Shown: positions 29,093 through 38,679 of the stretch, one piece after another
Numbering within the stretch: the stretch's first letter is position 1
Layout of the letters: each line of letters begins with the position of its first letter
Assembly: GCA_964605225.1 (NCBI GenBank)
Contig: CAZSAY010000004.1
Location: 1-60,658, forward strand
Direction of reading: 5' to 3'
Source of the DNA: an uncultured Thermodesulfobacteriota bacterium
Lineage (GTDB): Bacteria > Desulfobacterota > GWC2-55-46 > JADFVP01
DNA: 60,658 nt
Program-made: the position numbers and the translations under genes
Notes under the pieces: generated by a model
Told to the model about the DNA's origin: nothing
What the model saw: only the letters and a program-made list of their open reading frames with translations
Database searches by the model: none

Positions 29093-30610
29093 TTACTTCT
29101 TGTCGCTTGGGACAAAAAGGTCTTTCAGCTCGTCAAGTGCGGCAACTACCTTTGCCTTCAGGTCATCGTCAAGGACCTTCTTATCGGCTACGGCGCTTAG
29201 AACCTCGGGGCGCCTTGTCTCAAAGAAACTGTAAAGCTCCTGCTCGTACCTCAGGAGATCCTCAGGCGGGTAATCATCGACGTACCCGTTTGTGGCGGCG
29301 TATATTACGATAATCTGCCTCTCTACGGGTAGAGGCGTGTACTGGTTCTGTTTGAGTATCTCAACAAGACGCTCGCCTCGGGCAAGCTGACGCTGTGTGG
29401 CCGGGTCAAGGTCTGAGCCAAACTGCGCGAAGGCCGCGAGCTCTCTGTACTGGGCGAGCTCAAGCCTCATGGTTCCGGCAACCTGCTTCATGCCCTTTAC
29501 CTGGGCGCTACCGCCCACACGGGAGACGGAGAGGCCAACGTTAATGGCCGGCCTGATGCCCGAATAAAAGAGGTCGGACTCAAGGTATATCTGTCCGTCG
29601 GTAATGGAGATGACGTTTGTGGGAATATACGCAGAGACGTCTCCTGCCTGCGTCTCAATAACAGGTAGAGCGGTAAGGGAGCCGCCGCCAAGGGCGTCGC
29701 TGAGCTTTGCCGCCCTCTCAAGGAGCCTTGAATGGAGATAAAAGACGTCTCCGGGGAAGGCCTCACGGCCCGGAGGCCTTCTGAGGAGCAGTGATAACTG
29801 GCGGTACGCCACGGCGTGCTTGGATAGATCATCGTATATGATAAGGGCGTGCTGGCCCTTGTCTCTAAAATACTCGCCTATGGTGCAGCCCGAGTATGGG
29901 GCGATAAACTGCAGGGGCGCGGGAGTTGATGCCGTGGCGGCTACGATTACGGTGTAGTCCATGGCTCCGTGCTCGCTGAGTTTTTGCACTATCTGCGCCA
30001 CTGTGGACTGCTTCTGCCCTATGGCGACGTATATGCAGAATACGTCAAGGCCCTTCTGGTTGATGATGGTGTCTATGGCGATGGCCGTTTTACCAGTCTG
30101 GCGGTCGCCGATGATGAGCTCGCGCTGGCCTCTGCCAATGGGTATCATGGCGTCGATGGCCTTAATCCCTGTCTGGAGCGGCTCTTTAACGGATTTTCTC
30201 GCTACAATGCCCGGGGCCTTTATCTCTATTCTTCTGTTAAGATCAGACTCTATGGGACCTTTGTCGTCAATGGGGTTTCCAAGGGCGTCCACGACCCTGC
30301 CCATGAGGGCCTCGCCAACGGGTATCTCGACGATCCTGCCAGTACGCTTTACCGTATCGCCTTCTTTAATGCCAAAGTCCTCGCCAAGGACGGTGACGCC
30401 TACGTTGTCCTCTTCAAGGTTCAGTATCATGCCGTAAAGACCTGCGGAAAACTCCACAAGCTCTCCGGCCATGGCCTTCTCAAGTCCGTAGACCCTGGCA
30501 ACGCCGTCACCTACGGAGATGACAGTGCCAACCTCCTGAATGTCTACCTCTTTCTCAAAACCCTCTATGCGGGTCCTGATAAGGTTGCTTATCTCTTCTG
30601 CCTTTATCAT
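29093..30610 (-). CDS. atpA: ATP synthase F1 alpha subunit
   Basis: [23 protein letters not shown]; start set at MIKAEEIS (30610) because the longer ORF runs through a repeat. Confidence 0.97.
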   Translation of the reverse strand: MIKAEEISNLIRTRIEGFEKEVDIQEVGTVISVGDGVARVYGLEKAMAGELVEFSAGLYGMILNLEEDNVGVTVLGEDFGIKEGDTVKRTGRIVEIPVGEALMGRVVDALGNPIDDKGPIESDLNRRIEIKAPGIVARKSVKEPLQTGIKAIDAMIPIGRGQRELIIGDRQTGKTAIAIDTIINQKGLDVFCIYVAIGQKQSTVAQIVQKLSEHGAMDYTVIVAATASTPAPLQFIAPYSGCTIGEYFRDKGQHALIIYDDLSKHAVAYRQLSLLLRRPPGREAFPGDVFYLHSRLLERAAKLSDALGGGSLTALPVIETQAGDVSAYIPTNVISITDGQIYLESDLFYSGIRPAINVGLSVSRVGGSAQVKGMKQVAGTMRLELAQYRELAAFAQFGSDLDPATQRQLARGERLVEILKQNQYTPLPVERQIIVIYAATNGYVDDYPPEDLLRYEQELYSFFETRRPEVLSAVADKKVLDDDLKAKVVAALDELKDLFVPSDKK

Positions 30611-30642
30611 ATTATCCCACCCCTTGAAGAATTTGCCGTTAT

Positions 30643-30880
30643 AACCTTTCTTACTTTCTTTTGGAAAAAAGTAAAGTAAGACAAAGAAAACCAATAGGGA
30701 ATTAACACTGTTGCTATAAAACCTGCTTCCAACGCCCCGCTAAGCCTAAAGTTCGGAAAAAAGAAAGCAAGGCAAAGAAAACCAATAGGGAATTACCCGT
30801 ACTGCTATTGAATTTACTTCCTGCGCCCCTCCAAACTAAGTACAAAAAAAGAAAGCAAGATAAAAAAACAATATTACCCT
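30643..30880 (-). repeat. Three degenerate tandem copies of the dispersed repeat in the atpH-atpA spacer
   Basis: CAAAGAAAACCAATAGGGAATTA at 30682 and 30773, weaker copy at ~30861; hairpin variant CTTACTTTCTTTT-GGAA-AAAAG(T)AAAGTAAG at 30650-30680. Confidence 0.8.
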
Positions 30881-30945
30881 CTTAACCGTCTCGGCCTGCC
30901 CTTAATTATGCCCCCCTTGAATCATAGCTCCCCGATAAAGCCCGG

Positions 30946-31488
30946 TCAGGCACCCGTCATCCTGGTTTTGAGGAGTTCTAATTGGGTCCTGATGCTACCG
31001 TCTATTACGGTGTTGTCCATCTTTATTACAAGCCCTCCGATAAGGGAAGGATCTGTTGCGGAGGTGAGCACCACCTCTTTACCTGTAATCTCACTTAGTC
31101 TTGACTTTATCTCTGATACTACCTCGCCAGAGAGCTCTTTCGGGGCCTCTATTGTAGCCCTCACCCTTCCGGAGAGCTCATCGTCGAGCTTTGCGTAGGC
31201 CGACTCTATCTCCGTTATAAGGCGGATATGCCTTGTCTCTATAAGGATGACCATGAATTTTTCAACGGCAGTGCTGACCTCAAGCGCAACGGAGACCTTA
31301 TTCATAAGGTCTATCCTCTCATCGAGGCTGTACATAGGGTTCAGGAGGGTGCCGGCAAGCTGGCCGTTGGCACGGAATACGGCCGCGATTTGTTTAAGGT
31401 CAGAGCCAAATCTCTCTGCCTCTCCGCCGGGTCTGCCTACATCCATGAGGGACTTGGCCAGTTTTTTAGCTACGCCAGTGTTTTTCAT
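30946..31488 (-). CDS. atpH: ATP synthase F1 delta subunit
   Basis: Position in operon; VRATIEAP, DPSLIGGLVIKMDNTVIDGSIRTQL. Confidence 0.9.
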   Translation of the reverse strand: MKNTGVAKKLAKSLMDVGRPGGEAERFGSDLKQIAAVFRANGQLAGTLLNPMYSLDERIDLMNKVSVALEVSTAVEKFMVILIETRHIRLITEIESAYAKLDDELSGRVRATIEAPKELSGEVVSEIKSRLSEITGKEVVLTSATDPSLIGGLVIKMDNTVIDGSIRTQLELLKTRMTGA

Positions 31489-31586
31489 GTTTTTAAGGAG
31501 GTTAGACCTCTTTTATCCCCAAAATGCCTGATTTAATTGTTGCTATAAAAGCGTGTTCCTAGCCCAATTTTCCGCCTGCATCTATT

Positions 31587-31649
31587 CCCCATTGGCCGCC
31601 CCCTACCCCCGACTGCCCCCATTGGCCACCCAGTACCCCCTACTGCCCC
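31587..31649 (-). repeat. Two 30-bp G-rich tandem units in the atpF-atpH spacer
   Basis: Plus-strand CCCCATTGGCC at 31587 and 31617; the mRNA strand has seven runs of 3-5 G. Confidence 0.8.
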
Positions 31650-31686
31650 TTTTTTTGCAAATATCCCTTCTTACGCCCACTGCTTT

Positions 31687-32658
31687 TTAATTCAGCCGCA
31701 GGTTCGAGATGTAATTTTTAATTAGCCTCTGCTGGTCTTCGGGTTTGAGTTCCTCGGCGAGTAACTCTTTTGCCATCTGTACGGCAAGCTCGGCGACTTC
31801 GGCGCGTATCTCTATGCGCGCCTTTTTTATTTCCTGCCCGGCCGTGAGCTTTGCCTGCTCTTTTAGCCTTATACCGGCTTGCTCGGCCTCGCTTATAATA
31901 CGCCTTTTTTCCGCCTCGCCCTCAAGCCGGAGCTCTTCGGCTATGGAGGCGAGCCTTGACTCGAGGGTGTTAACGAGTTCCCTGTACTGCAAGGCCGCTT
32001 TTTCCGCCTCTTCTTTTACGCGCGTCGCCTCACTCATGGCCTCTTTTATATCGGCCTGCCTCTTGTCAAGGGCTACGGCGATGACCTTTTTCCAGACAAA
32101 ATATACGGCCACGATGAGGATTATAAAGTTGAGTATCTTCCAGATGCCGAGGATGTGCCCGCCTTCTTCGGCGTGCTCCGCGGCCCTTGATAAAAGGGGA
32201 AGCGAGGTAAGAATCCCGGCGATAAGGGCGATGGCCAGTTTTCGCTCAATAAGCCTCCCGGCTATATCCCTTGAGATGGACCTTGTCTCTACGTTAAGTT
32301 TTTTGATGGCCGAGTCTTTCTCGACGGCTATTTTTTCGCGCATTGAGGTTAATTCGGCAGAGACCTCCTTGCCTGAGGCCTCAAGAAGTTTTTTTTCTTC
32401 CTTGAGGGCTTCTTCTTTTAATTTGGCCCGTACCTCGCCGCCCTTTACCCGCGCTTCAAGCAGTTTTTTCTCATAGGTCACACGGCCCTCTGCAACCTCT
32501 TTCTCTATATCTTCCGCGGCCTTCAAGGTCCCCGTGGTCAGACGGTCCCTCTCTTCCATGACCTTTAAAAGGGGCTTGAAGAGTAGCTTGTCGAGGATGA
32601 TGAGGAGAACGAAAAAACCGATAATCTGATATAGGATGGTAAGGTCCAGCGATAACAT
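31687..32658 (-). CDS. atpF: ATP synthase F0 b'-b fusion (two tandem b-type domains)
   Basis: First half MLSLDLT...LLFKPLLKVMEERD (b'); hydrophobic linker; AAEHAEEGGH...WKILNF...LDKRQADIK (b); no stop codon in 323 codons. Confidence 0.85.
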   Translation of the reverse strand: MLSLDLTILYQIIGFFVLLIILDKLLFKPLLKVMEERDRLTTGTLKAAEDIEKEVAEGRVTYEKKLLEARVKGGEVRAKLKEEALKEEKKLLEASGKEVSAELTSMREKIAVEKDSAIKKLNVETRSISRDIAGRLIERKLAIALIAGILTSLPLLSRAAEHAEEGGHILGIWKILNFIILIVAVYFVWKKVIAVALDKRQADIKEAMSEATRVKEEAEKAALQYRELVNTLESRLASIAEELRLEGEAEKRRIISEAEQAGIRLKEQAKLTAGQEIKKARIEIRAEVAELAVQMAKELLAEELKPEDQQRLIKNYISNLRLN

Positions 32659-32797
32659 TACCCTTTTCTCCCGATAGCAAAGGGGAGTGCATACCTCCCC
32701 CGCATTGACAAAATAAATGATAAAATATACTGGTTAATCACGGTATTGCTAACACATGCGCCAAGGAATTGTCAAGATAATAATAGGGTCAAAATCC

Positions 32798-32945
32798 CTT
32801 ACTTTCTTTTGGAAAAAAGAAACCAAGGGAATGTGAACCAACAGGGGACAATCGTCCCGCCCCTGAACCGGCCCCTTTTGCCCCGCGAAACCACCTTAAA
32901 AAAAAGAAAGTAAGACAAAAAAATCCAAGAGGGGGACAATCTTAC
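32798..32945 (-). repeat. Degenerate copies of the dispersed repeat upstream of atpF
   Basis: CTTACTTTCTTTTGGAAAAAAGAAACCAAG at 32798 and AAAAAAAGAAAGTAAGACAAAAAAATCCAAG at ~32899, each followed by GGGGACAAT. Confidence 0.6.
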
Positions 32946-32974
32946 CCCCTTTCAAGAAACATCGCGGCCTTGCT

Positions 32975-34363
32975 TCAGCCGCCTCCGCCTACGGTAATCT
33001 CTGGTATGCGCAGGGTCGGCTGTGCATCGGCTACGGGTACGCCCTGAGCATCTTTTCCACAGGTCCCTATGCCGAAACCCAGGTCAGTGCCCACCATGTC
33101 TATCTTCTTAAGTATCTCCGGGCCGTTGCCCGTAAGGGTAGCGCCCCTCACAGGGGCCCCTATCCGGCCTTTTTCTATGAGGTAGCCCTCTGTTACCTCA
33201 AAGACAAAGTCCCCGTTTACGGTGTTTACCTGACCGCCGCCCATCTTTTTTACGAAGAGTCCTTTTTCAAGGGAGTGTATTATCTCTTCGGGAGGTGTCT
33301 GGCCGGGGGCTATCATGGTATTGGTCATCCTTGGTATGGGTTTAAAGCGATAGGACTGGCGCCGTCCGTTGCCCGTGGAGGAGGTCTTGTCCTTCATGGC
33401 GCTCAGCCTGTCATACATGTAGCTCTTAAGGATACCATTCTCTATAAGGATGGTCTTTTCAGTCGGGGTGCCCTCTTCGTCAAAGAAGGCGCTACCCCTT
33501 TTGTAAGGTATTGTGCCGTCGTCGATGACCGTTATCAAGGGGGAGGCAACCTCCTCGCCCATCCTGCCGGAGTAGACCGAGAGTCCGCCAAGGGCAAGGT
33601 CCGCCTCAAGGCCGTGCCCCACTGCCTCATGTATCATCGTGCCGCCTGCCTCGCTCGATAGGATTACCGCCATGGCCCCACAGGGGGCTTTTTGTGCGCC
33701 GAGCATCTGCACCGCCCGTCTCGCCGCGGCAAGGCCTACCTCTTCAGGCGGGGTCTTATCGAAGACCTCAAGGCCCTCGGCCCCGCCAAGGGGCTCGTAC
33801 CCTGTCTGCAGGACATCTCCGTCTTTCGCTATGGCGGAAGTGAAAAAGACAAGGCCTGTCTTTTCTTCCTCTACCCACTCGCCAAGGGAATTTATCATGG
33901 AGAGCCTTCTTCTCACGTCTCCATAAAGGGCTTTTACCTGCACTATACGCCGGTCAAAGCCCCGCGCCGCTTTCTCGGCCCTTTTGACAAGCCCTACCTT
34001 CTCGGCAAGGTCTACGTCTCCGGGCCTCTTTTTTATCTCAAGGCCCGGCGCGTTTTGCTTTTTAAGCGCCCGGGTACTCCCCGCCGGCTCACCACGGGCC
34101 ACACCTTCGGAGACTGATGCGGCAAGGTCTATGAGCGACCCCTCCGTAATCTCGTTAGTATGGGCGTAGAAGGTCTTGAGCCCGGCGATAACCCTTATGC
34201 CGCAACCCTTCTCAATGCCTGTAACGACTTTTTCAATTTTTCTGTCTTCACACGTTATAGAGGTCTTAACCGTCTCCTCTATAAAGATGTCGGCGAATTC
34301 TCCGCCGCGGGCAAGCGCTGTTTTCAAGACCCTCTCGGCGTCGAAATTGGAGCCATGTCCCAT
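32975..34363 (-). CDS. tldD: TldD/PmbA-family metalloprotease (TldD type)
   Basis: HEAVGHGLE HExxxH motif, TGNGRRQSY, PRMTNT, GTCGKDAQGVPV..AQPT; start set by AAGGAGG RBS. Confidence 0.93.
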   Translation of the reverse strand: MGHGSNFDAERVLKTALARGGEFADIFIEETVKTSITCEDRKIEKVVTGIEKGCGIRVIAGLKTFYAHTNEITEGSLIDLAASVSEGVARGEPAGSTRALKKQNAPGLEIKKRPGDVDLAEKVGLVKRAEKAARGFDRRIVQVKALYGDVRRRLSMINSLGEWVEEEKTGLVFFTSAIAKDGDVLQTGYEPLGGAEGLEVFDKTPPEEVGLAAARRAVQMLGAQKAPCGAMAVILSSEAGGTMIHEAVGHGLEADLALGGLSVYSGRMGEEVASPLITVIDDGTIPYKRGSAFFDEEGTPTEKTILIENGILKSYMYDRLSAMKDKTSSTGNGRRQSYRFKPIPRMTNTMIAPGQTPPEEIIHSLEKGLFVKKMGGGQVNTVNGDFVFEVTEGYLIEKGRIGAPVRGATLTGNGPEILKKIDMVGTDLGFGIGTCGKDAQGVPVADAQPTLRIPEITVGGGG

Positions 34364-34680
34364 GGATCCCTCCTTTTTTGCTTCAAGAAAGTATATCAGC
34401 CCCGGCAAGGGCAGTCAAGGACGCCTCAGCCGTCTCGCTACTCACTTATGGCCTGCGAAGAGAACCATCGTCCCGAGACGGCCCCATCCCATAAGGACAT
34501 ATACCCTCCATGCCCGGCGCAAAGGCATCTTAACAAAGCCTTGCGCCCTACAATCTTCCATGATAAAATGTAAAAAGTGGTACTTTGCCTGAAGGGCTAC
34601 CCTTGGCTCTTGGGCTGGTTAATAAAGACGTTGTTTTTCAGGCCTCGCCGTACAAGGCAGGCCAGGTTGAGGTATAGGGT

Positions 34681-35544
34681 ATGAGAGTTTTTTTTGTCGC
34701 CCTTTTTGCATTGACACTTGTCATTATCCCTGAAGGCATTGTTTTCAGCGGGGCCTATGAGGGTGACTATAGTGTTGGTTCAGCGGCAAATGGCATAGGG
34801 TTCTCAAGGCATAATCTCGGCAAATACGGCGGCCGGACGCGCAAAGAGAAGAACTTCGAGATGTGCGTTTTTTGCCACACTCCCCATAGTCCCGCCGATA
34901 CGCCCGGCCCTCTCTGGGGCGGCCAGGACCCTGCCGTAACGAGCTTTACGGCCTACGGTACGGGTTTGAAGGGCGTGAAATCCATTAATACGGGGTTGGG
35001 CTCGCCGTCACTTGCCTGCCTCAGTTGTCATGACGGCTCAACGGCCTTTGACAACCTTGCAAACTCACCGGGAAAAAAGAAAAAAGCTCGAATGTCGACA
35101 CCGGCTAAGTGGGGTTTCAACTTTACCGAAAGTTCGATGAACCCCGCTCTTGTAAGCACCCGGCTTTTGCTCGGCCCGGTCCTTACCAACGACCATCCCG
35201 TCAATGTCCTTTTCAGGGGCGGTCAATATGCCTCACTGAGGCAAAAAAATACCATAATCAGCCAGATAAACCTGAGCGCGGGCCTTTATGATACCATGTA
35301 TGGCCGCATAATCCCCAACCTCTGGTCCATTAAGGGTTTTATCTCGGACACGGCTACCATAGGCGACCTTCTGAGAGACGGGAGGATAGAGTGTTCGAGT
35401 TGCCACGACCCCCATTTTAATAACAAGAGCTGGTCAGAGACGGCCAGCAGGTTCATAAACTGGAATGATATGGACGGGCTTTTTCTGAGGCGTATCGGCG
35501 GAAATTTCGCATCGGGAGTATGCCGGACCTGTCACGGAAAATAG
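34681..35544 (+). CDS. OmcE-like tetraheme c-type cytochrome (paralog 1)
   Basis: Signal peptide; four CxxCH (CVFCH, CLSCH, CSSCH, CRTCH) plus conserved His in RHNL, HTPH, NDHP, HDPH. Confidence 0.85.
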   Translation: MRVFFVALFALTLVIIPEGIVFSGAYEGDYSVGSAANGIGFSRHNLGKYGGRTRKEKNFEMCVFCHTPHSPADTPGPLWGGQDPAVTSFTAYGTGLKGVKSINTGLGSPSLACLSCHDGSTAFDNLANSPGKKKKARMSTPAKWGFNFTESSMNPALVSTRLLLGPVLTNDHPVNVLFRGGQYASLRQKNTIISQINLSAGLYDTMYGRIIPNLWSIKGFISDTATIGDLLRDGRIECSSCHDPHFNNKSWSETASRFINWNDMDGLFLRRIGGNFASGVCRTCHGK

Positions 35545-35657
35545 GCGCCTGAAGCGCCTGTTTTTTTGTCTTGAGCTTTTTCCCGGGCCCCTTCTCAGGC
35601 GGGAGGCATCTTCGCGGCCCTCCCGCGCAAGGGGCCCCGGAGGGCTAAGGCGAGAGC

Positions 35658-36317
35658 TTGAAAATCGTCAAAGAGCGCTACAGAGACCGGGAGGAGGCAG
35701 GCCGGGTTTTAGCCGCTGAGCTCGAAGTCTACAGGGGGCTTGAGCCCCTTGTCCTCGGGCTTCCAAGGGGAGGGGTGATAGTGGCGGCCGTGGTGGCCGG
35801 GGCCCTGGGCTCAGCGCTTGATGTCTTCTCCGTTGCAAAGCTAAGGGCCCCGGAAAATCCGGAGTTCGCCATAGGGGCGGTTAGCGAGGGCGGTGAGGTC
35901 TATATTGACAGGACCTCTTTTTCTTTAGCGTTGATTACGGATGAGTGGATTGAGGAGGAAAAGGCAAGGGCCCTTGAGGTGATGAGGCAGAGGCTCGCCA
36001 GATACAGGGCCGTAAAGCAGAAGGTTCCCATCAAGGGGCGTAGGGTAATCATCGTCGATGACGGTCTTGCAACGGGCGCTACCATGACCGCCGCGGCAGA
36101 GGCCGCCCGCGCCGAAGGGGCCGACGTTATAATCGCCGCCGCGGCCGTTGGCTCAAGGGAAGCCATAAGGCAGGTGGGCGGGTTGAAAGAGGTCCTTGCC
36201 GTGGTATGCCCCTCTTCGCCGCCGGACTTTTTCTCCGTGAGCCAGTTCTATCTTGATTTTCACGAGGTCAGTGTGGCCGAGGTCTGCGGGGCCCTTAAGG
36301 GACGTGCCCGCACCTGA
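35658..36317 (+). CDS. Phosphoribosyltransferase-family protein
   Basis: DREEAGRVLA, VLGLPRGG, KLRAPENPEFAIGA, VIIVDDGLATGAT PRPP loop. Confidence 0.88.
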   Translation: MKIVKERYRDREEAGRVLAAELEVYRGLEPLVLGLPRGGVIVAAVVAGALGSALDVFSVAKLRAPENPEFAIGAVSEGGEVYIDRTSFSLALITDEWIEEEKARALEVMRQRLARYRAVKQKVPIKGRRVIIVDDGLATGATMTAAAEAARAEGADVIIAAAAVGSREAIRQVGGLKEVLAVVCPSSPPDFFSVSQFYLDFHEVSVAEVCGALKGRART

Positions 36318-36367
36318 GGTCCTTGCCAGAGCCTCAGGCAGTAAAGGTCCCGGCGGTTATCAATGCC

Positions 36368-36397
36368 TTGACAAAAAAAGTTTTTTTGTAGTAATTT
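36368..36397 (+). promoter_or_regulatory. Sigma70-like promoter for the c7 cytochrome gene
   Basis: TTGACA (36368) - 18 nt - TAATTT. Confidence 0.45.
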
Positions 36398-36510
36398 TAT
36401 CCTAATAACACCTAAAGAGATAGTATGAATGTGCGGCTCAACGGCGTTATGTCCCTTTCCTTATTGCCCGCGGTTGGCTCATCTTCTATTAAAGAGGGAA
36501 TCTTAGATTA

Positions 36511-37140
36511 TTGAGAGTGATTGTGAAAGGTAAGATTTTAAGTCTACTTATCCTCACCGTGGCCTCGGCCCTGCTCCTCTCCGGGTGCCGTCAAAAGACC
36601 AGGGATCTTCTTAATATTGACGCCGGCACGAAGAAGGCGGAAAAAGAGAAGGCCGGCGGACATATGACGGATTATTACGACAAGTTCTTCCGGAGCGTGG
36701 TGCAGAGGGCCTCTATACGCTCCTCGCCAGAGGATCTGCCCGCGTTGAGAGACCTTCCAAAAGACACGGAGGGCCGCGTGAACTGGACGGCATCTGTTAT
36801 GGGGGGCTTTATAAACCCCCGCGGAGTACTCGACCCAAAGGACAAGGAAAAGCCTCCCCTTGACCTTAATATCTTTATAGAGGCCAAGGTTCCCCTCATG
36901 GCCAATGTCATCTTTCCTCATTCCATTCACACGTACTGGCTGAAATGCAGTAACTGCCACCCGAAGATTTTTCTGGCCGAGGCCGGGGCCAACCCTATTA
37001 CAATGAACGAGATATGGCAGGGCAAATGGTGCGGAAGGTGCCACGGCAAGGTCGCCTTTGATTTTTGGCCCAGGGCGAATTGCCTGAGATGTCATATGAT
37101 TTTAAAGGGCCGCTCTCTTGAGAAGGAGCAGTGGAAGTAA
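36511..37140 (+). CDS. c7-type triheme cytochrome lipoprotein
   Basis: Lipobox LSGC; VIFPHSIH, CSNCH, CGRCHGKVAF, CLRCH. Confidence 0.85.
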   Translation: MRVIVKGKILSLLILTVASALLLSGCRQKTRDLLNIDAGTKKAEKEKAGGHMTDYYDKFFRSVVQRASIRSSPEDLPALRDLPKDTEGRVNWTASVMGGFINPRGVLDPKDKEKPPLDLNIFIEAKVPLMANVIFPHSIHTYWLKCSNCHPKIFLAEAGANPITMNEIWQGKWCGRCHGKVAFDFWPRANCLRCHMILKGRSLEKEQWK

Positions 37141-37236
37141 ACTCTTAAGTCTGTGGCGGACCCCTTTTTGGGGGGAGGCCGGGTCTGTTACTGTGAGCGC
37201 ATGGCCGCGATTTTTTTCCCGCCATGCTCGTTATGC

Positions 37237-37265
37237 TTGACTAAAGAAGGGCCTCGTAGTAAAAT
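37237..37265 (+). promoter_or_regulatory. Sigma70-like promoter for the NHL gene
   Basis: TTGACT - 17 nt - TAAAAT. Confidence 0.55.
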
Positions 37266-37401
37266 CTGCCGATTATCGGTGGTCCTATCTGCGGCGGTAT
37301 CTTAAGTAGCCGCCCTTAAGGGCACTTATATAATAATGATATAGATTTCGGTGGTATAGAGATGAACTTAAATCATAACGCCTGACCGGAGAAAGAAAAA
37401 A

Positions 37402-38442
37402 ATGCTGAAGATACTTAAAGGCCTCTTAATCATAGCCGTCCCTTTACTCGTTATCAGTTGCACTCCGCCAAAGGTGCCGGACATTGTATGGCCGGGCCCT
37501 CCGGACCCGCCGCGGGTAAAATACGTCAGATCCTTTCACAGCGCCACAGACCTCAAGGGCTTCTCCGTTGTGGGTACCCTTGTGCTTGGCGCGGACACGT
37601 CTTTTACCATGAGAAAGCCGAACAGCATAACCGTGGATAAGGATGGCAGGATCCTGGTTTCTGATACGGCCCATGCGGATATCTTCATATATGACCTTAA
37701 AAAGAAGAAGGTCTCGTCTGTGAGCTCATCGGGGACTCGCATATTTTCCAAGCCCATAGGGGTGGCAACCGATGATTCGGGCAGGATATTTGTCTCTGAT
37801 ACAAGGACAGACCAGGTTGCCGTACTTGACAATAGAGGCCGGCTCATGAAATATCTCGCTCCCGGCACCCCCTTCAAGCAGCCCACGGGCATGGCCGTGG
37901 ATAAGAAACTGGGCAGGCTCTATGTAGTGGATACCCACCTTCACAACGTGCAGTCTTTTGATCTTAAGACCTTGAAGTATTTAAAGACCTTCGGCGAGAG
38001 GGGCAAGGAGGAGGGGAGCTTCAACTTCCCTTCAAATATCGCTGTTGACGCAAAAAGCAACATTTACGTAGTGGACACCATGAACGCCAGGGTGCAGGTC
38101 TTTGACAGCCTGGGCAGGTTTCTTTACAGCTACGGCCGTTTCGGAGATTCCCCCGGCGAGTTCGCGCGGCCAAAGGGAGTCGCCATAGACAGCGAGGGGC
38201 ATGTGTATGTAGTAGACGCGGCCTTTAATAACGTGCAGATATTCGATGACGAGGGCAAGATCCTCATGTCCTTTGGCAGCTACGGCAACGGCAGGGGGCA
38301 GATGATACTGCCCGTGGGCATAGCCATTGATCAGGATGACTTTATATATGTAACTGATTCATGGAACGAGCGCGTGGATGTCTATGAGTTTCTTGGAAAA
38401 AAACACGCCGAGAGAGAGGCCGCCGGCAAGACAGAGAAGTAA
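37402..38442 (+). CDS. NHL-repeat beta-propeller lipoprotein
   Basis: Lipobox-like VISC; six repeats of F..P.G.AVD..G..YV.D..N.RVQVF. Confidence 0.9.
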   Translation: MLKILKGLLIIAVPLLVISCTPPKVPDIVWPGPPDPPRVKYVRSFHSATDLKGFSVVGTLVLGADTSFTMRKPNSITVDKDGRILVSDTAHADIFIYDLKKKKVSSVSSSGTRIFSKPIGVATDDSGRIFVSDTRTDQVAVLDNRGRLMKYLAPGTPFKQPTGMAVDKKLGRLYVVDTHLHNVQSFDLKTLKYLKTFGERGKEEGSFNFPSNIAVDAKSNIYVVDTMNARVQVFDSLGRFLYSYGRFGDSPGEFARPKGVAIDSEGHVYVVDAAFNNVQIFDDEGKILMSFGSYGNGRGQMILPVGIAIDQDDFIYVTDSWNERVDVYEFLGKKHAEREAAGKTEK

Positions 38443-38489
38443 TATTGCCGGCGCCCCATGTTTTTTATTAAAAAAACATTAATTTTTCC

Positions 38490-38517
38490 TTGACAGAGAT
38501 TAATTTTTCGGTATAAT
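38490..38517 (+). promoter_or_regulatory. Consensus sigma70 promoter for the OmcE-like gene
   Basis: Perfect TTGACA (38490) - 16 nt - TATAAT (38512). Confidence 0.75.
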
Positions 38518-38679
38518 AACAGTTAATATAGGTTCATGGGCTCATGGCGGGCCTCATAGAAGCCAAAGGCGATGGACGCCTCGATACTGCCGTTGACATG
38601 AGGCGCGGCAGGTTCGGAGGTTTTTCTGCGTAAAAATCTCCTCAACAAAGTTAAAGAAAAACAGAAAAGGAGCTATCAA

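Noticed and set aside
30611-30694. N-terminal extension of atpA in the ORF track
   Set aside because: It is the translated repeat ([14 protein letters not shown]); the alpha subunit homology starts at MIKAEEIS.
31745-32476. 243-aa plus-strand ORF opposite atpF
   Set aside because: Ser/Ala-rich antisense shadow of a Glu/Lys/Ala-rich helical protein.
38518-38679. c-di-GMP/cGAMP (GEMM-I) riboswitch in the OmcE-like gene leader
   Set aside because: Expected by analogy with Geobacter, but only fragments (GCCAAAG, GGACGC) are present, without the GNRA-capped P2 and receptor P3 arrangement.
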